64,000 bases of DNA from positions 384,001 to 448,000 of the forward strand of contig CAWEQH010000008.1 of the NCBI GenBank assembly GCA_963811165.1, given 5' to 3'. Positions 40,456 to 51,142 of the stretch are shown in pieces. The position numbers and the translations under genes are program-made. The notes beneath the pieces were generated by a model. It was not told the origin of the DNA. It worked only from the letters and a program-made list of their open reading frames with translations, and searched no databases. Position 1 is the first letter of the stretch. Every line of letters starts with the position of its first letter. The DNA comes from an uncultured Nitrospiraceae bacterium (GTDB taxonomy: Bacteria; Nitrospirota; Thermodesulfovibrionia; Thermodesulfovibrionales; UBA6898).

Positions 40456-42246
40456 ATGACAAAACGATTCTTTCCATCTTTTTTGGTGAAACTCACCGTC
40501 GTTTCAGCCGTCCTTATCGTCCTTTCTTCGTGTGCGGCTCAGAAAGAGGTTGCCCGGCAATCGCCGCCTCCCTCACCGGAGCGCCCGCCTCAGGTGGCGG
40601 CACCGGAGCCTGCGGCCCCTCCTCCCAAGGTGAAGGCCACCTTGCAATGTCTGGAGGATACGAAAAAAGTCTTCAACCGATGCGGCATTGATGTATCGCC
40701 TTTCCTCCGGGCGACTTTTTACGATATCGACGGCGACGGGGTGGAGGAGATGATAGTCGGCGGCAAGGGCGGGACCCTCCGGCTTTATAAGAATTACGGC
40801 ACGAGGGCGGACCCTGACTGGCGGGTCGTGGAAGGTTATTTCAAGGGGATATCTGTGGGCGCCTTTGCGTCTCCTGCCGTGGGCGACATCGATGATGACG
40901 GCAAGCCTGAGGTCATAGTCGGGACCGGCGGTTTCTCTTCGGACTCAGGCCGGGTCCTTTTTTTCAGAAATATCGGGACCGCTGCCGAGCCCCAATGGAT
41001 AAGGGCCGAAGCGCCGGAGATAAGGGTCGGCAACGATGCCGCCCCGACCCTTCTTCAGACGGACAATAACGGAAGGCCGGACCTTGTCGTGGGTAATTCC
41101 GAAGGCAGACTCTTTCTCTTCAGGAACCATGCGAAAGAGGGGAGGATAGTATTGACCAAAGACAATGGTTTTTTCGGCGGGGCGCATCTCGGCATGTATG
41201 CGGCGCCCGCAGCCGCCAGGGCAGGGGGCAGACCGGTCATTATCGCAGGCAACGACCTGGGGAAACTGTATCTCCTTGAGAAGGCCAATGGGAAAAACGG
41301 CGTATGGACAAGGACCCGTCTTAATATCTCGACTCCCGGTTTCGCATCTCCCGCGCTTATGAGGGTACCCGGCGCGGGAGGGCTGGACCTGATGGTATCA
41401 GATGGGGACGGACAGATTTATTATTATAAAAATAAAAGAGGCAACTACAGGGAATGGGAGGCCTCTTCCGGGCCCTTTACCGGCAGGATAGCCCCTGGCC
41501 CCGCGTGCGCGCCAGCAGTGGCGGACAATGGCGACGGAAGGGTCATCACCGTGGGAAATATCCATGGCGAAATAAAACTGTTTATCCAGGATGCCTCAGG
41601 TGCGGCCCTGCCGGTAGAGAGGAAGAATTTTTTCGGCGGCCTTAAACTTACCGGCTTTTCAAAGGGGGTCCTTACCCAGTGGCGGGGAAAGACCCTCCTT
41701 ATCACGGGGCAGCAGGACGGCATGGTGAAGGCATTTCTGAATTCCGGAAGAGAGGGGAAACCGGTATGGACCGAACTGAGACATTTCTTCAGGGGAATTC
41801 CTAAGATGATGCATGCATCTCCAGTCGTATTCGACCTCGAAGGCAGCGGGAAATGGGAACTGGTCGTCGGCGATGCACAGGGGCATGTGCGCGGGTTCCG
41901 CTATGAGGTGGGGCCTGACGATATGCCGCAGTGGGAGGAAATAAAGGGGATTTTTGATGAGGTGAAGGTAGGCGGATATGCGGTCCCTTCTTTTTTCCGG
42001 GAGGCGGACAGGATCTCTTTGCTTGTGGGCGAACAGGATGGAAGGATACGGGTATTCGAAGCCGAAACGGCCGGCAGCACGCTTTCCATGTTTCATAAGG
42101 ACGGTTTTCTCAGGGGCATACGCGTGAAAAACCATAGTTCTCCTTCGGCAATAGCAAGGGGAGGTCTTGTTGAATTGGCGGTCGGCGATTATGACGGCAA
42201 CCTAAAGCATTACTCATGCAATATGGTCTCCGTGGAGATTAAGTAG
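40456..42246 (+). CDS. FG-GAP/VCBS repeat lipoprotein (beta-propeller)
   Basis: Lipobox LSSC; repeated DIDGDG/DIDDDGKPE/DLEGSG..ELVVG motifs. Confidence 0.8.
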   Translation: MTKRFFPSFLVKLTVVSAVLIVLSSCAAQKEVARQSPPPSPERPPQVAAPEPAAPPPKVKATLQCLEDTKKVFNRCGIDVSPFLRATFYDIDGDGVEEMIVGGKGGTLRLYKNYGTRADPDWRVVEGYFKGISVGAFASPAVGDIDDDGKPEVIVGTGGFSSDSGRVLFFRNIGTAAEPQWIRAEAPEIRVGNDAAPTLLQTDNNGRPDLVVGNSEGRLFLFRNHAKEGRIVLTKDNGFFGGAHLGMYAAPAAARAGGRPVIIAGNDLGKLYLLEKANGKNGVWTRTRLNISTPGFASPALMRVPGAGGLDLMVSDGDGQIYYYKNKRGNYREWEASSGPFTGRIAPGPACAPAVADNGDGRVITVGNIHGEIKLFIQDASGAALPVERKNFFGGLKLTGFSKGVLTQWRGKTLLITGQQDGMVKAFLNSGREGKPVWTELRHFFRGIPKMMHASPVVFDLEGSGKWELVVGDAQGHVRGFRYEVGPDDMPQWEEIKGIFDEVKVGGYAVPSFFREADRISLLVGEQDGRIRVFEAETAGSTLSMFHKDGFLRGIRVKNHSSPSAIARGGLVELAVGDYDGNLKHYSCNMVSVEIK

Positions 42247-42412
42247 ACTTAATCCATTACTCCCCTTTTAGAAAATCATAGCTCCCCTTACCCCCCCCTA
42301 AATCTTAAGAGGGGGAGAGGCGCCACTGCGTTCCTCATCGGTGATATAATTAAATAGATTCGTAACTCTTAATATGATTACATAAATAGCGGTTGGAGAA
42401 AGTGGAATAAAA

Positions 42413-42667
42413 ATGGAAATCGTCCTTTATACGGCTCCAAACTGAAGCGATTGCCATGCACTGAAAGATTTTCTTTCGGCCAAGGGGGTTACGTTCACCC
42501 ATAAGGATGTCGGTACGGACAAATCCGCCCGGCAAGAGCTTATCGAAAGGCACGGCAGGATGGCTACCCCGACGCTCGTGATAGGCGACCGGGTTTTTTT
42601 GGGGTTCAAACAAAACAGGGAAGAGATTGAAAAGATGGTCGAAAGGATCGTCAAAGGAGAACAATGA
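42413..42667 (+). CDS. glutaredoxin/NrdH-like selenoprotein (UxxC), in-frame TGA at 42443-42445
   Basis: [33 protein letters not shown]...[16 protein letters not shown]; hairpin 42461-42479; stop overlaps the copA ATG; selC present in window. Confidence 0.85.
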
Positions 42668-45126
42668 GCGAAAAGCCGGAATCAATGAGCAGGATAGACC
42701 TTCCGGTCACCGGGATGTCCTGCGCGTCCTGTGCGGCCAATATTGAGAAGGGCCTTTCGGCACTCGATGGTGTGGAAAGCGCATCGGTCAATTTTGCCGC
42801 TGAAAAGGCGACGGTCCTCTATGATACGACAAAGGTGACGGTGGACAGCTTCGTCAAGGCGGTAAAGGACCTGGGTTACGGGGTCTCGGTCTCAAAGATC
42901 GCCCTGCCGATCAAAGGCATGTCCTGCGCGTCTTGTGTGGAGACGGTGCAAAGGACGTTGGGTTCTCTTAATGGAGTGATTTCGGCCTCGGTAAATTTCG
43001 CGACTGAGAAGGCGACGGTAGAGTATTTCCCCTCACAGGTCGGGGTGAGGGATTTCAAAAAGGCGATCAGGGACGCGGGGTACGACCTCGTTGAGCCGGA
43101 AAAAGGCGAGGACGTCGTTGAAACGGAGCAGAGGGAGAGGGAGGCTTCATACCGGGCCTTACGGACAAAGGTGATCACCGGCGCACTGCTTACGGTCCCC
43201 CTGTTGATCCTTATGCAATGGGACCATATCGGACTTTCACGGCTGCTCCCCTTATCTGAGCGGGCGAACTTTCTTCTTCAATTCATCATCGAAACCCCTA
43301 TACAGTTTTGGATAGGGTGGCAGTTTTATACGGGTGCTTTTTCGGCTGCGCGCCACAGGACGACGAATATGAATACGCTTATCGCGGTCGGCACCTCCTC
43401 TGCCTATATCTACAGCGTTATCGCAACTTTTTTCCCTTCGGTCTTTCAGATAAAGGGCTATTCGGCCGGCGTCTATTACGATACCGCAGCGACGATAGTC
43501 GTCCTGATCCTTTTGGGCAGGCTCTTTGAGGCACGGGCCAAGGGACAGACCTCCGAGGCGATCAAGAAGCTGATAGGCCTCCAGCCGAAAACCGCGAGGG
43601 TACTGAGGGAAGGAAAGGAAGTCGATATCCCGATCGAAGAGGTCGAAATCGGAGACATAGTGGTCGTCAGACCCGGCGAAAAGGTACCGGTTGACGGGGT
43701 GATCGAGGAAGGATACTCTTCCTTGGATGAGTCTATGGTTACAGGGGAGTCGATGCCGGTCGAAAAGAGCGCGGGAGACAGTGTCATCGGGGCGACGATA
43801 AATAAGACCGGGACCTTCAAGTTCGAGGCGACAAAGGTGGGGCGTGACACGATGCTGGCCCATATCATCGAGATGGTCCAGACCGCCCAGGGATCGAAAC
43901 CGCCGATCGCGCGGCTTGCTGATCTGATCGCCTCGTACTTTGTCCCCGCAGTGATGGGCATCGCCGCGCTCACCTTTGCCGTATGGTACTTCTTCGGTCC
44001 GGAGCCCTCTTTTACCTATGCGATGCTCAATTTTATCGCGGTCCTTATTATCGCCTGCCCCTGTGCGCTCGGGCTTGCGACCCCGACTTCCATAATGGTG
44101 GGGACAGGGAAGGGCGCGGAAAACGGGGTCCTGATCAGAAGCGGCGAGGCACTCGAGACGGCTCATAAGATCACTACCGTTGTATTCGACAAGACAGGCA
44201 CTCTGACAAAGGGCGAGCCTGAAGTCACCGATATCGTCGAGGGCGGACTCCGGAAGGCTGAGATCCTCTTTTATGCCGCATCGGCAGAAAAAGGGTCTGA
44301 GCATCCGCTTGGGGAGGCGATCATTAACAGGGCGAAGGCGGATAATATCGAGATGAGGGGACCCGAGGAGTTCCAGGCGGTGCCGGGTCACGGGATCAGG
44401 GCCAAAGTGGACGGTAAGACGGTCCATCTCGGAAATGATAAGTTCATGGTGGAGGAAAATATCGATATCACGGGCCTCAGACAAAAGGCGGCCGGTCTTT
44501 CAGAGGAGGGCAAGACGCCGATGTACGTCGGGGTGGACCGAAAGGCAGCCGGCATCGTTGCTGTTGCGGACTCTCTGAAAGAAGATTCACCCGAGGCGGT
44601 GAAGGCGCTTCATGCCATCGGTGTGGAGGTGGTAATGATGACCGGAGATAACAGACGGACAGGCGAGGCGATCGCGCGGCGGGTCGGCATCGATAGGGTT
44701 CTTGCGGAGGTACTTCCCGAGGGCAAGGCGGAGGAGATCAGGAAACTGCAGTCCGGGTCGAAAGTAGTCGCCATGGTAGGGGACGGCATAAACGACGCCC
44801 CTGCTTTGGCGCAGGCGGATGTGGGCATTGCGATAGGTACGGGGACTGACGTTGCCATGGAGGCCGCAGATATCACCCTGATCGGCGGCAGGCTGAAGGG
44901 GGTGGTTACGGCGATAGCCCTTTCGAAGGCAACGCTTAGGAACATAAAGCAGAACCTTTTCTGGGCATTTGCATATAATGTGGTGCTTATCCCTGTTGCA
45001 GCGGGGGCGCTCTTTCCGTTTTTAGGGATACTGTTAAATCCGATGATTGCCGCCGGAGCGATGGGGTTTTCTTCTGTCACGGTGGTCACAAACGCCCTGA
45101 GGCTCAAAAGGTTCAGGGCCGCATAA
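42664..45126 (+). CDS. copA: Cu(I)-translocating P1B-type ATPase
   Basis: Two GMSCASC HMA domains, [33 protein letters not shown] and MGFSS. Confidence 0.95.
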   Translation: MSEKPESMSRIDLPVTGMSCASCAANIEKGLSALDGVESASVNFAAEKATVLYDTTKVTVDSFVKAVKDLGYGVSVSKIALPIKGMSCASCVETVQRTLGSLNGVISASVNFATEKATVEYFPSQVGVRDFKKAIRDAGYDLVEPEKGEDVVETEQREREASYRALRTKVITGALLTVPLLILMQWDHIGLSRLLPLSERANFLLQFIIETPIQFWIGWQFYTGAFSAARHRTTNMNTLIAVGTSSAYIYSVIATFFPSVFQIKGYSAGVYYDTAATIVVLILLGRLFEARAKGQTSEAIKKLIGLQPKTARVLREGKEVDIPIEEVEIGDIVVVRPGEKVPVDGVIEEGYSSLDESMVTGESMPVEKSAGDSVIGATINKTGTFKFEATKVGRDTMLAHIIEMVQTAQGSKPPIARLADLIASYFVPAVMGIAALTFAVWYFFGPEPSFTYAMLNFIAVLIIACPCALGLATPTSIMVGTGKGAENGVLIRSGEALETAHKITTVVFDKTGTLTKGEPEVTDIVEGGLRKAEILFYAASAEKGSEHPLGEAIINRAKADNIEMRGPEEFQAVPGHGIRAKVDGKTVHLGNDKFMVEENIDITGLRQKAAGLSEEGKTPMYVGVDRKAAGIVAVADSLKEDSPEAVKALHAIGVEVVMMTGDNRRTGEAIARRVGIDRVLAEVLPEGKAEEIRKLQSGSKVVAMVGDGINDAPALAQADVGIAIGTGTDVAMEAADITLIGGRLKGVVTAIALSKATLRNIKQNLFWAFAYNVVLIPVAAGALFPFLGILLNPMIAAGAMGFSSVTVVTNALRLKRFRAA

Positions 45127-45198
45127 GAGCATCAGGATTCATCGAGTGGAGTGTAAAGAAATCCCTTCCCCTCGTACTCAAACGGACTGGCGGTGACT

Positions 45199-46395
45199 TT
45201 ATTTTTTCTTCCCGGTCTTCCCTGCTGCCTCCCTTTTTGCTTCGTCTATGACCTTAAGCAGCGGGACACCACTTTTCTTCGCTACCGTCTTACAGTCTTC
45301 GTACTCAGGATAACTTTTCTCTATCTCCCCCAGTGAAGAGGTTTTTATTCTGACCCTCCCGTGTGCCGTACCGACATGCCGCCAGGACCTCTCCATCGTG
45401 ACCCTTGAGGCCTCGTAATATCTGACGCCTATGCTTGTGGTTTCCCGCAGTATAAGCCGTATCAGATCGTTTCGGATAGCCTCGTTACAAAGCACGCTTA
45501 ATTTTATACCGGGTCTCATCTTTTTCATCAATGTGTGGGTCATAAAGATATCCAGTGCGCCCTCTTCAAAAAGCCTTTCAAAGAGATATTCATATGCCTG
45601 GGGGTTCATGTCGTCGATATTTGTCTCTATCACGGTGACGGCCTCCCCGGCCTTCTTCCCCTGCAGGTCTCCGATGAATATCCTCAGGATGTTCGGACCC
45701 TGCGTGAAATCGCCTGTTCCCGCCCCCGAGCCTATCTTTTGCGGAGCAATGAAAGGGATGTCGCCGAAGGCGCTTGCCAACCGCTTGAGTATGGCCGCCC
45801 CTGTCGGCGTAGCGAGCTCGAAGCGGGGCCCCGACGAATAGACCGGCACATCCTTTAATATCTCCGCCGTGGCCGGGGCAGGCACCGGCATCTTCCCATG
45901 CGCCGTTTTTACAAAGCCGGTCCCAAGGTTGACGGGTGAGGCGCAGATATCTTTCACCCCAAGCAGGTCAAGCCCGATCAGCGTGCCGAAGATGTCGACT
46001 ACGCAATCGACTGCGCCGAGTTCGTGGAGATGGATTTTTTTAAAAGGCATGCCGTGCACCTTTGACTCGGCGGCAAAGAGAAGTCTGAAGATATCGAGTC
46101 CTTTTTCTCTTATATCGCCAGGCAAAGAAGAGGAACGAACGATCTTTTCGATGTCACCCCATCTTCTGCCGGCGCTATGCTCCGACGCCGCTTTGGAAGA
46201 CAGGACTACGTCCACCTTTGTCGCGGCAACCCCGGCGCGAAGCACCTTTCTTTCAGTAAGTCGGTAGCCCCGCAGAGGGAGACTTTTGAGTCTCTTCACT
46301 ATTTCTTCAAGCGACGCACCCGCATCTACAAGTGCGCCGAGGCACATATCCCCGCTTATTCCTGAAAAACAGTCGAAATATGCTATCTTCATCAT
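45199..46395 (-). CDS. larC: nickel-pincer cofactor biosynthesis protein LarC
   Basis: YFDCFSGISGDM, HLHELGAVD, PVPAPAT, TPTGAA, ETNIDDM, ETTSIGVR, PEYEDC. Confidence 0.93.
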   Translation of the reverse strand: MMKIAYFDCFSGISGDMCLGALVDAGASLEEIVKRLKSLPLRGYRLTERKVLRAGVAATKVDVVLSSKAASEHSAGRRWGDIEKIVRSSSLPGDIREKGLDIFRLLFAAESKVHGMPFKKIHLHELGAVDCVVDIFGTLIGLDLLGVKDICASPVNLGTGFVKTAHGKMPVPAPATAEILKDVPVYSSGPRFELATPTGAAILKRLASAFGDIPFIAPQKIGSGAGTGDFTQGPNILRIFIGDLQGKKAGEAVTVIETNIDDMNPQAYEYLFERLFEEGALDIFMTHTLMKKMRPGIKLSVLCNEAIRNDLIRLILRETTSIGVRYYEASRVTMERSWRHVGTAHGRVRIKTSSLGEIEKSYPEYEDCKTVAKKSGVPLLKVIDEAKREAAGKTGKKK

Positions 46396-46627
46396 GAAAA
46401 AGTTTTAATCGTCTTTCCCATAAAATATATCATACCGAACATTATTATTCCTCAAAATGCATACGGCTTGTCCATTTATCGTTCCTCAAAATGTACACAG
46501 CTTTCCTTAAAAAGGAGCCGGGGTTCCACGTATGAAGGACTTCCAAACGCAACAAATTGATTCTATAATATATTCGCAGTGGTATGCATTTTGAATCTCC
46601 GTTAAAAACTTCAGCAAAAAGGAGAAT

Positions 46628-48853
46628 ATGATGAGGACTGTAAAGGCGGTATTTGCGGCTGTGTTTTTCCTGTTATTGCCGGCGTATTCCCAGGCGCAGG
46701 GCTTGGGAGATATGCGCGTAAGCTATATCGAAGGCGATGTCCAGATCAAGACACCGGATGCCGATGACTGGGGCGCTTTATCGATAAATGGGCCGCTGAT
46801 GGAAGGCGACCAGGTCTGGGTCCCTGAGGGCGGCAGGGCCGAACTGCAGCTTAATACCGGGACGTATATAAGGCTCGACCAAAATTCAGCCCTCCAGGTA
46901 CTTTCACTGGATAAGGACTCTACCCAGTTTAATGTCTCTCAGGGACATGCGTATATTTATTTTAGCGCTCCCAGGGGGAGAGTCATTCAGGTCGACACCC
47001 CTGATGTGTCGGCCCGCGCATTCGACAAGGCGGTCTTCAGGGTTGATATGTCCGACCAATACCAGTATACGGATGTTTCTGTATATAGAGGATATGTCGA
47101 AGCTGAAAACCAGGCCGGCAAGACAAGGATTGATGCCGACCAGACGGTGTCGCTTGGGCAGGACACAAACGGCGAGATTGCACCGATGGGCCCCCCTGAT
47201 GAGTGGGAGACGTGGAATAAGTCTCGAAACGGCCTCATACGCGCTGCCAAGGGTGCGAGCTCGCGTTATCTTCCCCCGGAACTCAGCGCTTACTCCAATG
47301 ACTTCGACACAGGCGGCAGGTGGGTCGATGTCCCGGAATACGGACATGTCTGGACGCCGACAATATCCGTAGGTGTGAATTGGGCCCCTTACAGAGACGG
47401 CAGGTGGATATGGAGAGATGGTGAATATGTCTGGGTGTCTTCCGATTCGTGGGGCTGGGCTCCTTATCACTACGGCAGGTGGGCCTTTGTGGCCAGTGTG
47501 GGGTGGTTGTGGGTTCCGCCTGTCAGGGGTGATGTATACTGGGGCCCGGGGTATGTCGGCTGGGTCAACACCGGGGATTATGTGGCATGGGTCCCTCTTG
47601 CCCCCGGAGAACTTTACTACGGCCGGGGCTATTACGGCCGGCATAGCGTCAATATCACTAACGTAAATATAAAACAGGTCAACATCACCAATGTATATAA
47701 GAACGTGAATATCAATAACGGGGTGACGGTGGTCAACCGTAATAGCTTTGCCACCGCCTCACCAAAGATAGTCAATCTCAACAGGACCGTCATACAGCAG
47801 CAGATTTTTGTAAAGAAAAATATCAACGTCGGCGCGCCTGCGATAAAACCTACTAGGGAGAGTTATTTTGCATCGACAAAAAAGATCCCGGCAGCCAAGC
47901 TTCCCCCCCAGTCCGTCAGAAACGTACAGGTGAAGCAACTGAAACAGTCACGTCCGTTTGTTAAGGATTCCGGGAAATCTGTCTTTAACCCAGGTGCTAA
48001 ACCTAAGTCCCTGCCATTGAGCAAAGTCACCACACCGAGAACGCCCGGTAAAGTGATTCCGCAGGTCAAGACCGTGCCGGGATTTCGGGGGAAGGCCGGA
48101 GTGTCCGGCGGTCTTGTACCGAGATCGGGAACCCAGGTTAAACCGCTTGAAAGAAAAGCGGTGACGCCGGAGACGGGCCCTGCGCCCAAGGTGGAGAAGC
48201 ATGAGGTCAAACCGTTTGAAAGGAAGGCGGTAACACCTCCATCGACCCCTGCGCCTAAGGTAGAGAAGCGTGAGGTTAGACCGTTTGAGAGAAAAGCGGT
48301 AACGCCGGAGGCGGGCCCTGCGCCTAAGGTGGAGAAGCGTGAGGTCAAACCGTTTGAGAGGAAGGCGGTAACACCTCCACCGACCCCTGCGCCTAAGGTA
48401 GAGAAGCGTGAGGTTAAACCGTTTGAGAGAAAAGCGGTAACTCCGGAAGCGGGCCCTGCTCCGAAAGTGGAGAAGCGTGAGGTCAAACCGTTTGAGAGGA
48501 AGGCGGCGACGCCCGAAACGCGCCCTGCGCCTATGGAAAATAAGGGCCAGATCAAGTCGTTTGAAAGGAAGGCGGTAACACCTCCACCGACCCCTGCGCC
48601 TAGGGTAGAGAAGCGTGAGGTCAAACCGTTTGAGAGGAAAGCGGTAACGCCGGAAGCGGGCCCTGCGCCTAAGGTGGAGAAGCGTGAGATTAAGCCGGTA
48701 GAGAGGAAGGCGGTAACACCTCCACCGGCCCCTGCCCCTAAAAACGTTATGCCCAGGGTGCAACCGGCTGAGAAGGTGAAACCGAAACCTGAGGATAACC
48801 CTCGCAAGGGAGTTCCGGAAGAGAAAGGGAAAAAACCTGAAGAGGTCCGCTAA
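46628..48853 (+). CDS. secreted FecR-like + DUF6600 (Trp/Tyr-rich) protein with C-terminal tandem repeats
   Basis: Signal peptide; GDQVW...RAELQ FecR-like; WAPYRDGRW, WGWAPYHYGRW, WVPLAPGE. Confidence 0.8.
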   Translation: MMRTVKAVFAAVFFLLLPAYSQAQGLGDMRVSYIEGDVQIKTPDADDWGALSINGPLMEGDQVWVPEGGRAELQLNTGTYIRLDQNSALQVLSLDKDSTQFNVSQGHAYIYFSAPRGRVIQVDTPDVSARAFDKAVFRVDMSDQYQYTDVSVYRGYVEAENQAGKTRIDADQTVSLGQDTNGEIAPMGPPDEWETWNKSRNGLIRAAKGASSRYLPPELSAYSNDFDTGGRWVDVPEYGHVWTPTISVGVNWAPYRDGRWIWRDGEYVWVSSDSWGWAPYHYGRWAFVASVGWLWVPPVRGDVYWGPGYVGWVNTGDYVAWVPLAPGELYYGRGYYGRHSVNITNVNIKQVNITNVYKNVNINNGVTVVNRNSFATASPKIVNLNRTVIQQQIFVKKNINVGAPAIKPTRESYFASTKKIPAAKLPPQSVRNVQVKQLKQSRPFVKDSGKSVFNPGAKPKSLPLSKVTTPRTPGKVIPQVKTVPGFRGKAGVSGGLVPRSGTQVKPLERKAVTPETGPAPKVEKHEVKPFERKAVTPPSTPAPKVEKREVRPFERKAVTPEAGPAPKVEKREVKPFERKAVTPPPTPAPKVEKREVKPFERKAVTPEAGPAPKVEKREVKPFERKAATPETRPAPMENKGQIKSFERKAVTPPPTPAPRVEKREVKPFERKAVTPEAGPAPKVEKREIKPVERKAVTPPPAPAPKNVMPRVQPAEKVKPKPEDNPRKGVPEEKGKKPEEVR
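48137..48742 (+). repeat. ~9 tandem 69-bp coding repeats (23 aa)
   Basis: VKPFERKAVTP(EAG/PPT)PAPKVEKRE units. Confidence 0.95.
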
Positions 48854-48944
48854 AAAGGAGAAATCGGGCCTGCACAGAGGCGATACATTTAGAGGGGAAG
48901 AGGATGTCATCTCTTCCCCGTCCCATTAATGAAAAGGGGAACCG

Positions 48945-49661
48945 ATGGACATTACGGCAGAGGCCATGGGTAAGAGGTCTTTAGAAAAGCTCATAGGGAA
49001 AAAAAAGGGCGGCGCTGCCTTTCTCGAACACGAGGTCAAAGGGCTTCTGAAGGACCTTGGACTGCAGGTACCCCGGGGGATATACCTTGGCGCAGATGAG
49101 ATCGCCGCAGGACCTCACCCCGACTTATCATCTCTTGGCACACTGACGTATCCGCTTATCGCAAAGGTCTCTTCCTCAAAAATAACATCAAAGAGCGATG
49201 TCCATGGAGTGAGGGCTGCGATAAATAATGAGCCCGGACTGCGTCGGGCCCTGCAGGAACTGGCGCGGATCGAACAGGCAGAAGGCGTGCTTGTGGAGGA
49301 GATGGCGCCCGAGGGGGTGGAAGTCATCGTAGGAGGGATCGTCGATAAACAGTTCGGCCCTGTAGTGATGTTCGGACTCGGCGGAATATTCGTTGAGCTG
49401 TTTAAGGATGTTTCTTTCGGGCTTGCTCCTTTGTCCGGGGAGGAGGCGTTGAGGCTTGTCAGGGAAGTAAAGGGCTACAGGCTTCTGGAGGGCTTCAGGG
49501 GAAGACCGCCCGCTGATATCGATGCGTTGTCGACCGTCATCGTTACGGTTTCGGAATTGATGGCAACCGGTCTGCTCGAAGAGATGGACCTCAATCCCGT
49601 AGCAGTCTACTCAAAGGGAGCTATGGTGCTCGATGCAAAGATGTCGGCGCGCCGACAGTGA
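48945..49661 (+). CDS. ATP-grasp subunit of acetate/acyl-CoA ligase (ADP-forming), stand-alone
   Basis: LEHEVK.LL, KSDV.GV, VEEM, FGPVVMFGLGGIFVELFKD, EMDLNP. Confidence 0.85.
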   Translation: MDITAEAMGKRSLEKLIGKKKGGAAFLEHEVKGLLKDLGLQVPRGIYLGADEIAAGPHPDLSSLGTLTYPLIAKVSSSKITSKSDVHGVRAAINNEPGLRRALQELARIEQAEGVLVEEMAPEGVEVIVGGIVDKQFGPVVMFGLGGIFVELFKDVSFGLAPLSGEEALRLVREVKGYRLLEGFRGRPPADIDALSTVIVTVSELMATGLLEEMDLNPVAVYSKGAMVLDAKMSARRQ

Positions 49662-49860
49662 TATTTCCTTAGCCTATCTATATTGTTCACGGATGTCTTA
49701 GCAGGGTGAGACTGTCTTTTCGCTCATTCTCGCTTTGCTCCGAGGCTTTTGCCTCTTCATTTAAGAAAGACATACTGTAGGAATATCGGCAAAAGAAACC
49801 GCTCAAAGACAGTCCCACCCTACATGCCTGGATCAAGTGTAAAAAAAATTATAGCGGGAG

Positions 49861-50127
49861 CTAGTCTTGTTTTGTCGAACTTCTTTTATTTAATGCGTTA
49901 TTATCCTCTTTGCCCGGTCTCACACTTTGTTTGGGCCGCATAAGCCGCCGGACAAGAAAAACAATGCCGACAACAACCGCAATCCAGAATATTGACAGGA
50001 TTATGGTCATGCCTGTTCCCAGGCCGGGACGCTCGTCAATGATATGTGCAGAGACATAGTGGGGACCGATAAGAGTGACGACGACCCCAATCAGTGTCAA
50101 ACAGGTTTTTTCAAGGCGCTTCTTCAT
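49861..50127 (-). CDS. small membrane protein
   Basis: SD AAGGAG, two hydrophobic segments, directly after the cytochrome fusion. Confidence 0.55.
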   Translation of the reverse strand: MKKRLEKTCLTLIGVVVTLIGPHYVSAHIIDERPGLGTGMTIILSIFWIAVVVGIVFLVRRLMRPKQSVRPGKEDNNALNKRSSTKQD

Positions 50128-50133
50128 TACTCC

Positions 50134-51141
50134 TTACCACCATCTCCACAGGGCGATCACGAAGACGATGAGGAACGTGAAGGCGAGGTTCATGTAGGCA
50201 AAGAAATAAAAAAGCCTCTCATGAAACGGCCGCAATTTTTTTACGGGGACTATCTGGAGGCTCCCTGCCACCGGCATCGCAAGCACCTTCTCCTGGCCGT
50301 GGGGTGCGGTTTTTAGAAGGTCGGTAAGGTCGTTCCCCGCGTTATGTTTTTTAAAATGCGACCCATCTCTCCAGAGCTTGCTGCCCGTAACGTCGTATAC
50401 GGTGCCGCGGTAAGCGATATATGCCGGCCTCCCTTCCCGCCCGTCGAATTGGGCCAGCTCATCGGGAGAATATTTCCCGTCGGCCTTTTTTGCGGCGTTC
50501 CTCTGCCGCCTCAGCCTCGGACCGATAAATACCGTCACGATGACTGCGCTTAAAAGCATGATCAGAAAGAGCGCTATCTTTATGCTTAGGAGGATGCCGA
50601 ATCTGGTCGTGTAAAAGGCCCTCCATGAAGGCATCCTGGCTATTGTGAGAAGGACGCCCGTGACAGAGATCAATACCATCGAGATCCAGCCAAGACGGAG
50701 CTCTCCCTTTGGGAGCCCTTTGGCGGCATACGCAGGTTTTAAGAGTAAGTGGACATAGAGGATCGTCCCAAACCACATGATCGCCGTCATGAGATGCACA
50801 TACCCCACTATCAGACGAATTCCCTTCTGGATTCCCGTCAGCGGTCTGTAGAGGCCTTCGATCTTAAGTTCGTCGCGAAATTTTTTCCCTTCCTCGGTCA
50901 GGGGACCGCCCCCGATTGTATCTACGTGGCAGCCGCTGCATGGACGGCCTGTCTGGCGGGCATATTCGGGGGTGGCGGAGGAAACCGAAGGCAAAAGAAG
51001 AAGGAGGATCACAAAGGCAGCATGCAGGCAAACATCCCCCATCAACTTTGCGCGGGGACGCATTCGAGCGGCTTCAGCGGGTACCGAAAGCTTTCGTGAT
51101 GCCGATGAGCGACAATGAGAGAGGATGCGGTTCCCTCGCAT
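50134..51141 (-). CDS. cytochrome c (CxxCH) - CopD-like membrane domain - cytochrome b5-like fusion
   Basis: TPEYARQTGRPCSGCH; VHLMTAIMWFG TM bundle; ELAQFDG...YDVT...H.AG.DLT..L..APHG; true start may be 51042. Confidence 0.75.
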   Translation of the reverse strand: MRGNRILSHCRSSASRKLSVPAEAARMRPRAKLMGDVCLHAAFVILLLLLPSVSSATPEYARQTGRPCSGCHVDTIGGGPLTEEGKKFRDELKIEGLYRPLTGIQKGIRLIVGYVHLMTAIMWFGTILYVHLLLKPAYAAKGLPKGELRLGWISMVLISVTGVLLTIARMPSWRAFYTTRFGILLSIKIALFLIMLLSAVIVTVFIGPRLRRQRNAAKKADGKYSPDELAQFDGREGRPAYIAYRGTVYDVTGSKLWRDGSHFKKHNAGNDLTDLLKTAPHGQEKVLAMPVAGSLQIVPVKKLRPFHERLFYFFAYMNLAFTFLIVFVIALWRWW

Positions 51142-51142
51142 A

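Noticed and set aside
42282..42319. REP-like C-rich/G-rich palindrome
   Set aside because: Short imperfect stem and single copy in the window; may just be a terminator
43252..44484. Long antisense ORFs (also 6946-7830, 47863-48910 and others)
   Set aside because: Shadow frames of well-supported GC-rich genes with no recognisable motifs
48137..48742. CRISPR array
   Set aside because: Units are contiguous in-frame coding repeats without unique spacers; no cas genes
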